DNA of 64,000 nt from an uncultured Armatimonadetes bacterium. GTDB lineage: Bacteria; Armatimonadota; Armatimonadia; Armatimonadales; Capsulimonadaceae. The stretch lies in NCBI GenBank assembly GCA_963771575.1, contig CAVYTV010000002.1, forward strand, positions 126,317-190,316, in the 5' to 3' direction. Made by a program: the position numbers and the translations under genes. A model generated the notes under the pieces. That model ran no database searches, was not told the origin of the DNA, and worked only from the letters and a program-made list of their open reading frames with translations. Positions within the stretch are counted from its first letter, which is position 1, and each line of letters starts with the position of its first letter. Below are positions 56,641-64,000 of this stretch, one piece after another.

Positions 56641-57408
56641 ATGGCATGGACATTGGCGGTTGTCAACCAGAAAGGCGGTGTCGGCAAAACGACGACGGCA
56701 GTCAATCTGGCGACCAGCCTTGCCCTCGCAGGCCGCCGGGTGCTGCTGATTGACTGCGACCCGCAGGGGAACGCGACCAGTGGCCTGGGGCAAAAGGAAA
56801 CGGTGGAGCAAAGCATCTATGATGCTTTAACGGGAGGTGTCCCCATCGCGGATGTTATCTTAAAAGACGTTGGCGTCCCCGGACTGGATCTGGCGCCGGC
56901 AACTTTGGATCTGGCTGGAGCGGAGATGGAGATGTTTCAGGAACTGTCGCGCGAAACGATCCTGAAAAAAGTCTTAAAGCCGATTGAGAAAAACTACCAG
57001 TACATCTTTATTGATGGCCCTCCTTCGCTGGGCCTGCTCACCCTTAACATCCTGACGGCCTCAGATGCCGTTCTGATCCCCATTCAATGCGAATACTACG
57101 CGCTGGAAGGCATTTCGCAGTTGATGAATATTGTGGAGCGCGTCCAGCATCATTTGAACCCGAAACTGTCAGTCGGCCTGGTCGTCCTGACGATGCATGA
57201 TGAGCGCATCAATCTCTCCCGGCAAGTGGTCGCAGAAGTCCGTGAGTTTTTCGGCGAGGCGGTGGCGCAGGCGATTGTCCCGCGCAATGTTCGTCTGAGC
57301 GAAGCGCCTTCGTTCGGCCAACCGATTGCCCTCTACGATCCTAAATCTAAAGGAGCCGTCGCCTATGCTGAACTGGCCCAGGAGGTTATCGCACTTGGAA
57401 AAGAATAG
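56641..57408 (+). CDS. parA: Chromosome partitioning ATPase ParA/Soj
   Basis: Deviant Walker A VVNQKGGVGKTTTAVNLA, LLIDCDPQGNAT, IFIDGPPSLG. Confidence 0.95.
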   Translation: MAWTLAVVNQKGGVGKTTTAVNLATSLALAGRRVLLIDCDPQGNATSGLGQKETVEQSIYDALTGGVPIADVILKDVGVPGLDLAPATLDLAGAEMEMFQELSRETILKKVLKPIEKNYQYIFIDGPPSLGLLTLNILTASDAVLIPIQCEYYALEGISQLMNIVERVQHHLNPKLSVGLVVLTMHDERINLSRQVVAEVREFFGEAVAQAIVPRNVRLSEAPSFGQPIALYDPKSKGAVAYAELAQEVIALGKE

Positions 57409-58358
57409 TAAAGTCACCGAAAAGAGCCGCCTGGGACGCGGGCTATCATCTCTCATCCCCCCGACCGTCAAAGCGCCGGTCATGGAGCGTCCTAGCCCGG
57501 CTGCGTCTGTTACCCCTGCCCCTCCCCCACCCGCCCCTGACCCGGTGGAAACGGAAAGTAGCGTCCAGCAGATTCCATTGAGCAAGATCGTGGCGAATGC
57601 CTATCAACCGCGCACCGAGTTTGACGTCACTGCGTTGCAGGAGTTGACCGAGTCCGTGACCGTGCATGGCGTCTTGCAGCCGATCATGGTACCGCCCGCG
57701 TGGCAATGGGCAGTATGAATTGATTGCCGGCGAACGCCGGTTCCGCGCCGCGCAGCAAGCAGGCCTGATAAGAATTCCTGCCGTTGTTCGTGAAATGACC
57801 GATGAAGACTCGCTGACGGTCGCTCTGATTGAGAATATTCAGCGTGAGGACCTGAATGCGATGGAAGCCGCGCGCGGTTACAAGCAGCTTTTAGACCAGT
57901 TTGGATTAACCCAGGTGGAACTGGCGCGGCAGATAGGCAAGTCGCCGTCCACGATTGCGTATTCCTTGAGCCTTCTGCGCCTGCCTTCAGAGATGCAGGA
58001 CAGCATCTCTGCCGGACAGATTAGTATGGATCACGGCAAAGTTCTACTCTCTGTCGCCTCTACAGAACGACGCCAGGCGCTTTGGCGAATGATGATAGAA
58101 CAGGGGATCAGCGTCGCGGAATCTCGCCGCCGGGCACAGGAGGAGCCAATCTCCCCCACCTGTGCCTCCCGCGCCGCTGCGATTGAGGACTTGGAGCCGG
58201 AAAATGACATCCATCTCAAAGCCATTGAAGACCGCCTCCGCAGTGCGCTCGGCTTGAAGGTCACGATTCGTAATGGGCGCACTGGAAAAGGCATTGTCAC
58301 CGTGGATTTTTCCAACATGGACGAACTGGAAACCATTATTGATCGGATTGTCGGTTAA
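57395..58358 (+). CDS. parB: ParB/Spo0J partition protein; apparent frameshift near 57692
   Basis: RLGRGLSSLI, NAYQPRTEF, HGVLQPIMV / RPRGNGQYELIAGERRFRAA, IENIQREDLN, HTH LTQVELARQIGKSPSTIAYSL. TTG start 10 nt after ggagg. Confidence 0.85.
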
Positions 58359-58476
58359 AAGTTGCGGCGATTGAACTCCCCATGAAAGTTGCGTCGCCGC
58401 AAGTTACAACTCTAGAGTCGTATTTATACGATGCAAACTCTCTGGTCTATAGTTGCGGCGACGCAATGAAAGACTC
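58358..58476. repeat. Three copies of an AGTTGCGGCGA-type box (two carry the near-palindrome TTGCG-N4-CGCAA) upstream of cinA
   Basis: aaagttgcggcgattgaactc (58358), aaagttgcgtcgccgcaagttacaactc (58385), atagttgcggcgacgcaatgaaagactc (58449). TATAAT at 58485-58490. Confidence 0.6.
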
Positions 58477-58512
58477 AAGAGTTGTATAATTTAAGGATGT
58501 CAATAAATCGTC

Positions 58513-59784
58513 ATGATCGCTGAAATCATCTCTGTTGGCACGGAACTACTTCTGGGGCAAATTGTAGATACCAATGCCGCTTATCTGGCGCAGGTGCTTT
58601 CACGCGCTGGCGTCGCCGTCTATTTTCGCACGACGGTCGGTGATAATCCCGCACGAATGAATCAGACATTGACACTGGCACTCTCACGCGCCGATCTGGT
58701 GATTACCATTGGCGGGCTGGGGCCAACCACGGACGATTTGACTAAAGAAGCCGTTTCTGAGGCGCTAAGTGCTACTTTGATGGAAGACAAAGCACATATT
58801 CAATGGCTTTTACAGCGCGTGGGCAGCCGTGAGAATGTGCCGCAGAGTTTCTGGAAGCAAGCGCTTGTTCCCTGTGAGGGGCGAGGACTGCCTAATCTCA
58901 ACGGAACTGCGCTGGGCGCGCTCTTTGAGCAAGAAGGCAAGATTGTCATCTGCCTGCCGGGACCGCCCAATGAATTCGTCCCAATGGTGGAAGAGAGCGT
59001 CGTACCGTTCCTTTGGGAGAGAACTGCGGGTGAGCGCGCCGTGATCCAGTCCCGTACCTTACGGATAATCGGGACCGGTGAGTCGCAAGTGGAAGAACTT
59101 GTACGCGATTTAATGACATCCGATAATCCGAGCGTCGCACCGTATGCTAAAACCGGCGAGGTGCATCTGCGGATTACTGCCCGCGCGCCGTCGCAGGAAG
59201 AAGCGTTCGCCCTGATTGCGCCGCGTGAGGAGGCTTTGCGCGAACGCCTCGGCGATGCTGTGTATGGCGTGGACGATGAGACCCTAGAAAGTATCGTCGT
59301 CGGCCTGCTGAAGCTTCTGGGTCAAAGCCTTGCCGTCGCCGAGTCCTGTTCCGGCGGACTGATTGCCAAACGCATTACCGATGTCCCAGATGCGTCGCAG
59401 GTTTTCGGATTAAGTTTGGTCACCTATTCCAATGATGCCAAAACGCAGTTCCTGCAAGTGCCGGAAGATGTTATCGCGCGGGTGGGGGCTGTCAGCCCGG
59501 AAGTGGCGCAGGCGATGGCAGTCGGCGCAAGGCAAGCAGGCAACGCGGACATCGGAGTCAGCGTCACCGGAATTGCCGGGCCGGGTGGGGGATCGGACGC
59601 AAAACCCGTGGGAACTGTGCACGTCGGCCTTGCCTGGGACGGCGGCGTGATCTCCGAGCATCATCATTTCCTCGGCAGCCGCGCCGATATCGGCTACCGT
59701 GCCTCGCAGAGCGCTCTCGCGCTTGTCCGCCGCTTCCTGATGAACCCGAATGGCGAGCAGTTTCAACAGGGGCAGAAGGCATGA
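58513..59784 (+). CDS. cinA: CinA (competence/damage-inducible protein A; MoCF-binding and PncC NMN-deamidase domains)
   Basis: MIAEIISVGTELLLGQIVDTNAAYLA .. AVAESCSGGLIA .. GIAGPGGG. Confidence 0.9.
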   Translation: MIAEIISVGTELLLGQIVDTNAAYLAQVLSRAGVAVYFRTTVGDNPARMNQTLTLALSRADLVITIGGLGPTTDDLTKEAVSEALSATLMEDKAHIQWLLQRVGSRENVPQSFWKQALVPCEGRGLPNLNGTALGALFEQEGKIVICLPGPPNEFVPMVEESVVPFLWERTAGERAVIQSRTLRIIGTGESQVEELVRDLMTSDNPSVAPYAKTGEVHLRITARAPSQEEAFALIAPREEALRERLGDAVYGVDDETLESIVVGLLKLLGQSLAVAESCSGGLIAKRITDVPDASQVFGLSLVTYSNDAKTQFLQVPEDVIARVGAVSPEVAQAMAVGARQAGNADIGVSVTGIAGPGGGSDAKPVGTVHVGLAWDGGVISEHHHFLGSRADIGYRASQSALALVRRFLMNPNGEQFQQGQKA

Positions 59785-60437
59785 ACTACTTCATCGCCGT
59801 TGAGGTTTCGCAGGAAGTAAAGCAATACATTGAAAGCGCAGTAGTAAGGCTCTGGAAGCCTGCACTCCGAGAGAATATGCATTGGTATATGCCCGAAGAA
59901 TACCACATCACATTAAAGTTTCTGGGAGACATTCCAGAAGAATGTCAGCAAAGCATTATTTCCGCTGTTACTCCGGTCGCTGCTCAATCGTTGCCCTTCG
60001 CCCTGACGCTGGCCGCTCCCGGCGCTTTTCCGACAGATCGCACAAAGCGCGTCTTTTGGATGGGTGTTCGTAGGAATACAGGGATCAATGATCTTGCTGA
60101 GAATCTGGATCGCGCATGTGGGCAACTCGGCTTTAAACGCGAAGACAGATTGTATCTACCGCACATCACAGTAGCGCGCATACGCCGAGGCGGGGGCAGG
60201 GAGGCAGAGTGCAATGCTCCTATCGTAGACGAACAGACGTTCCCTTCATGGCAAATCTCTCGCTTTGTTCTCATGCAAACTCTTTCCGCGGAACAGCGCG
60301 CAAAAGAAAGCAAAGCAAGGTACAATATCGTACAGACGTTCCCTTTGGGAAGAAACCCCCTAACCCCCAGTAATGGGGGAACCAGAGAAACATCGGCCTA
60401 TCCTACTCCCCCATTATTGGGGGCCGGGGGCCTCTAA
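59781..60437 (+). CDS. thpR: RNA 2',3'-cyclic phosphodiesterase ThpR/LigT (2H family). The C-terminal ~25 aa are encoded by a repeat element.
   Basis: Two HxT motifs (YHITLKFLG and LPHITVAR). The tail ..[29 protein letters not shown] lies in repeat 60356-60432. Confidence 0.8.
   Translation: MNYFIAVEVSQEVKQYIESAVVRLWKPALRENMHWYMPEEYHITLKFLGDIPEECQQSIISAVTPVAAQSLPFALTLAAPGAFPTDRTKRVFWMGVRRNTGINDLAENLDRACGQLGFKREDRLYLPHITVARIRRGGGREAECNAPIVDEQTFPSWQISRFVLMQTLSAEQRAKESKARYNIVQTFPLGRNPLTPSNGGTRETSAYPTPPLLGAGGL
60356..60432. repeat. REP-like inverted pair (cccccagtaatggggga ... tcccccattattggggg)
   Basis: Same family as 34817-34977. It overlaps the thpR 3' end and lies just before the recA RBS. 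Confidence 0.75.
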
Positions 60438-60447
60438 GGAGAAACCA

Positions 60448-61460
60448 TTGGATAAAGACAAAGCCCTCGAAATGGCGCTGACCCAGCTCGAAAAGCAGTT
60501 CGGCAAAGGAAGCGTCATGCGCCTGGGCGAGTCGCCCCAAATGACCGTGGAGGCCATCTCCACCGGCTCGCTCGCCCTGGACCTTGCGCTCGGGGTGGGG
60601 GGCGTGCCGCGCGGGCGCATCACCGAGATCCACGGCGCGGAATTCGTCGGGCAAGACCACCATCGCCTATCATATCGTCGCCGAGGCGCAGCGGGCGGGC
60701 GGCATCGCGGCCTTCGTGGATGCCGAGCATTCCGTAGACCCGGAATATGCCCGCAACCTGGGCGTGGACATCAACAAGCTGCTGATCTCCCAGCCGTCCA
60801 CCGGCGAAGAAGCCCTGGAAATCATGGACGCCCTGGTCCGCTCCGGCGCGATCGATGTCGTCGTCCTGGACTCGGTCGCCGCGCTGGTCCCGAAAGCCGA
60901 GATCGAGGGCGAGATGGGCGACAGCCACATGGGCCTGCAGGCCCGCCTGATGTCCCAGGCCATGCGCAAGCTCAACGGCTCCATCTCCAAGACCAACACG
61001 GCGGCGATCTTCATCAACCAGATCCGCGAAAAGATCGGCGTCATGTTCGGCAACCCGGAGACGACGCCCGGCGGACGCGCCCTCAAGTTCTACGCCTCCG
61101 TCATGCTGGACGTGCGCCGCATCGAGACGCTGAAGCAGGGCACGGACATGGTCGGCAACCGGGTCAAGGTCAAGGTCGTCAAGAACAAGGTCGCCCCGCC
61201 CTTCCGCCAGGCCGAGTTCGACATCATGTTCGGCAAAGGCATCTCCCGCTCCGGCAGCATCATCGACATCGGCGTGGAAATGGGCCTGATCGAGAAGCGC
61301 GGCTCGTTCTTCACCTACGGCGAGACCCGCATCGGCCAGGGCCGCGAGAACGCCAAGCAGTTCCTGGAAGAGCATCCCGAAATGATGGACGAGATCGAGA
61401 ACGACCATCCGCGGCGACGAAAAAGCCGCCGAAATCCTCACCGTCGGCGCGGCGGAGTAG
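60448..61460 (+). CDS. recA: Recombinase RecA; apparent +1 insertions at about 60642 and about 61403
   Basis: [23 protein letters not shown]; [15 protein letters not shown]-loop split by one extra nt; VDAEHSVDP; [12 protein letters not shown]; [31 protein letters not shown]. The corrected tail is ..[22 protein letters not shown]. Confidence 0.95.
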
Positions 61461-61550
61461 AGAAGTCGGGGGGACGGCTTTCCGTCCCCCCGTGTGCGCT
61501 GCGAAGGTTCGGCTGTTGCGCGGCAACTCTGACAGAAAAGAGGCTATGCT

Positions 61551-61907
61551 ATGCCGGTAAAGGATAAGAAGGCCGACGATGAGGCCGCGGTCCTCGCGGC
61601 CATCGCCGCGATGCCTGAGCCTTGCCGCACCATGGGTGAGCGGCTCCATGCGGTTATCAAAGCGAGTGCTCCCGACCTCTTGCCGAAAACGTGGTACGGG
61701 ATGCCCGCGTATGCCAACAAGGGCGGCAAGGTCCTCTGCTTCTTCCGCGGCGCAGACAAGTTCAAGGAGAGATACATGACGCTCGGCTTCAATGACGCGG
61801 CGAAACTCGATGAAGGCTCCCTATGGCCGATTGCCTTCGCGCTGACGGAGCTGACCGCCGCCGACGAGGCTAAGATCGGCGCGATTGTGAAAAAGGCTGT
61901 GAGCTGA
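61551..61907 (+). CDS. YdhG-like/DUF1801 domain protein
   Basis: ..[35 protein letters not shown]. Confidence 0.6.
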   Translation: MPVKDKKADDEAAVLAAIAAMPEPCRTMGERLHAVIKASAPDLLPKTWYGMPAYANKGGKVLCFFRGADKFKERYMTLGFNDAAKLDEGSLWPIAFALTELTAADEAKIGAIVKKAVS

Positions 61908-61997
61908 GAGCGCAGATTCTAGTTAGGTTGGAAGGTGGGGCAGGGATAGGGAATACGACCCATTGAGCGATTCACTCCGGGAATAAGAGGGACACCA

Positions 61998-62349
61998 ATG
62001 CTGGAAGGATTACGAACAGTCGTTTATCATGTGGCCGATTTGGACGCGGCCAAAGCCTGGTACGCCAAGATTTCTTGGCAAGCCCCCCTACTTTGACCAG
62101 CCGTTTTATGTCGGCTTCAATGTCGGCGGCTACGAACTCGGGCTGCTGCCCGCCGAGGGCGAGGATGACATCACGATCACCTATTGGGGCGTCCCGGACG
62201 CCGAGGCTGCTTATAGCAACCTCTTAGCATTGGGAGCGACCGCGCGGATGCCGCCTGAAGATGTGGGCGAGGGTATCCGTCTCGGCTCCGTCACCGACCC
62301 GTTCGGGAACGTGCTGGGCGTGATTTACAACCCGCATTTCACATTATGA
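61998..62349 (+). CDS. VOC/glyoxalase-family protein; apparent frameshift near 62075
   Basis: MLEGLRTVVYHVADLDAAKAWYAKI / LGKPPYFDQPFYVGFNVGGYELGLL..DPFGNVLGVIYNP. Confidence 0.7.
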
Positions 62350-62744
62350 ATGATCCCCACGAAGCCCTGCGCCGCCGTTTGGCCGCGCTGCCGGGCGCAA
62401 CCGAAGAATACCCGTTCTCACTGGCCGTTCGCGTCTTCAAGGTGGGCGGGAAGATGTTCGCCGTGACAAGCATGGATGAGGATCCGATCCGCCTCACGCT
62501 GAAGGGCGATCCGGGCGACAATGAGATTGACCGGGCCGAGTATCCCGCCGTCCGCCCCGGCTGGCACATGAACAAGCGCCACTGGAACACCCTCACTCTG
62601 GACGGCTCCCTTCCCGACGACGTGCTGACGGAGATGATTGGGGCCTCCCATGCCCTCGTGGTGCATGGCCTGCCCCGCGCCGTTCGCCGAGCCGTGCCGC
62701 CGGCATTGCAGGAGGAAGGCAATGCCGACAATTTCCGCGCTTGA
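62346..62744 (+). CDS. MmcQ/YjbR-family protein
   Basis: LPGATEEYPFSLAVRVFKVGGKMFAV .. PGWHMNKRHWNTLTLDG. Confidence 0.75.
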   Translation: MNDPHEALRRRLAALPGATEEYPFSLAVRVFKVGGKMFAVTSMDEDPIRLTLKGDPGDNEIDRAEYPAVRPGWHMNKRHWNTLTLDGSLPDDVLTEMIGASHALVVHGLPRAVRRAVPPALQEEGNADNFRA

Positions 62745-63405
62745 ACCCCAGCGGCGCAAGGGCCGTCTGAATGTTTTTGTGGACGGGCAGTTCGTCATCG
62801 GGGTAGGGGAGACTGTGGCCGCCGACCTGAACCTGCGCGTCGGGCGAGAGATCACGCCGGAGCGGCTGCGCGAAGTCGCCGGGGCCGAAGAAGTCCACAA
62901 GGCGACTGAGGCTGCCCTGGTCCTGCTGGAAGTCCGCGCACGGGCCAAGCGCGAGATTGAAACGCGATTGGCGCAAAAAGGGTATGATGAAAGTGTGATC
63001 GCGCAGGTCACGGAAAAGTTGACCCGCCTGGGCCTGCTGGATGACGCCCAGTTTGCTGCGCAATGGGTGGAAGCCAAGACCCGTATCGGCGGCAGTCGGC
63101 CTGTCGGGAAACGGCGGCTGTCGCAGGAATTGTTCGGCAAAGGCGTCGCCAAAGACCAGATCACCGAAGCCGTGGAGCGCGTTTCGGAAGATGATGAACT
63201 GGCCCTGGCCCGCGCTGCGGCGCGAAAGAAAGTGCGGCTCGTGCCGACCGAGCGCGAAGCCCTGCAATCGGAGCGGCAAAAACTGATGGGCTTCTTGCAG
63301 CGGCGCGGCTTTGGCTGGGAAACGGTCAAGCGTGTGACCCGCGAAGCCCTGCCCGCGCCCGGCGATGCCGAGGGCGAAGAAGACTTCGGTGAGGAAGAAG
63401 AGTAA
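62722..63405 (+). CDS. recX: RecA regulator RecX
   Basis: ALEPQRRKGRLNVFVDGQFVIGV .. LEVRARAKREIETRLAQKGYDESVIAQVTEKLTRLGLLDDAQFAAQWV. RBS ggaggaagg. Confidence 0.9.
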   Translation: MPTISALEPQRRKGRLNVFVDGQFVIGVGETVAADLNLRVGREITPERLREVAGAEEVHKATEAALVLLEVRARAKREIETRLAQKGYDESVIAQVTEKLTRLGLLDDAQFAAQWVEAKTRIGGSRPVGKRRLSQELFGKGVAKDQITEAVERVSEDDELALARAAARKKVRLVPTEREALQSERQKLMGFLQRRGFGWETVKRVTREALPAPGDAEGEEDFGEEEE

Positions 63406-63509
63406 CGCAGGGCGGCAAAAGCCGCTGTTATGACGTGTAATGCCGCAGGAGTGCGGCACAATATGAGTTGGGCCGTTTTACGGAGGTTTGCATTGGAGCA
63501 GAGTGAAGA

Positions 63510-64000
63510 ATGGCAAACAGGGCATATCTGTATAGTCTAGACAGCGATGACTATAATAATCCGGCAAATTGGATGCGTCCTAGCCGAAACGATATACCTT
63601 ACTACGATTCCCGATGGAATATCCCGTATGCTTGGTTCTTTCTTTTTCGCCCTTCCGATGTAAAAATGATTGATGTGGTTTCCGATAAGTCACACTGGCA
63701 GGAAATCAGGTTCTTCGCGCAGAAAGCCAGAACGTTAGAGACATTCGCCGAGAGAAAGCCTTTGTTGTTAAAGATAGCAACTTCTCCATTTGGTTCTGAG
63801 GCTATTCTTAACGATTTTGTGGAGACGATAGTACAGCGTTCGGGCAAATGTCTTCTTATGGATCCTTCGGAAGTATTTGACGGGTTCATTCCAGAGACCG
63901 ATGAAGAAAATTTCGCTCATTGCAAACATATCCTGAAGCAGATTGAAGTGGAAGATGCAAGTGCAGAAGATGTCAAGTCGGCCATTGGTTATTACTCAAA
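63510..64000 (+). CDS. Hypothetical protein, 3' end outside the window, in a low-GC segment
   Basis: Open frame from ATG 63510 to the window end with no stop (MANRAYLYSLDSDDYNNPANWMRPSRNDIPYYDSRWNIPYAWFFLF..). Not in the supplied ORF track because it is open-ended. I recognise no family. Confidence 0.5.
   Translation, partial: MANRAYLYSLDSDDYNNPANWMRPSRNDIPYYDSRWNIPYAWFFLFRPSDVKMIDVVSDKSHWQEIRFFAQKARTLETFAERKPLLLKIATSPFGSEAILNDFVETIVQRSGKCLLMDPSEVFDGFIPETDEENFAHCKHILKQIEVEDASAEDVKSAIGYYS

Noticed and set aside
56482-58512. Canonical parS sites (TGTTNCACGTGAAACA) around parAB
   Set aside because: I found no match by eye in the parAB flanks or within parB. The repeated boxes at 58358-58476 do not resemble parS. 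I cannot exclude a site elsewhere without a pattern search.
62418-63461. 347-aa and 288-aa minus-strand ORFs across yjbR and recX
   Set aside because: They are antisense to clear YjbR and RecX coding sequences. They have Ser/Arg/Ala-rich low complexity. The same reasoning applies to 60620-61441 (antisense to recA), 29258-30277, 31192-32265, 34961-35839, 10828-11613, 15351-16217, 41983-42735 and 46347-47288.

Overview
GC-rich bacterial chromosomal segment that contains the replication origin. The core layout is dnaA, oriC, recF, a WD40 gene, a DUF721/DciA-like gene and comEC. Further along lie flgM, parA-parB, a cinA-thpR-recA operon and recX. Between these sit housekeeping and envelope genes and several small accessory islets.

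Lineage (inference only): the DUF1559 prepilin-like proteins, an SLH-anchored porin and CRTAC1/FG-GAP proteins suggest a diderm of the Armatimonadota/PVC type.

Most interesting observations:
1. dnaA carries a 378-aa LAGLIDADG intein exactly inside its Walker A P-loop.
2. The dnaA-recF spacer looks like oriC, but it is built from about 19 non-canonical TGTGACTCA boxes. It also has a clean box / GC-cluster / TAG-trio unwinding module. DnaA domain IV reads KSHTAV where RDHTTV is expected, and dnaN is missing from its usual slot.
3. A toxin-antitoxin cassette sits between the tpx 3' end and a diverged duplicate of that same 3' end.
4. A REP-like repeat superfamily (GAAGAACC head plus a C-rich hairpin) interrupts a UvrD-like helicase, lies in-frame inside an orphan terminase gene, and supplies the C-terminus of thpR.
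5. A prepilin-like/TPR cassette is present three times, each with a perfect TTGACA-17-TATAAT promoter, a conserved leader and a conserved terminator.
6. A perfect 7 x 15-bp tandem repeat lies upstream of a PAS-GGDEF-HD-GYP gene.
7. A HAIR (HspR-type) operator precedes hsp20-lon.

Caveat: about 35-40 apparent 1-nt frameshifts, mostly +1, are scattered through otherwise intact genes, and about 16 of them are in lon. This looks more like assembly indel error than biology, so pseudogene calls are provisional. I saw no rRNA, tRNA or CRISPR array.
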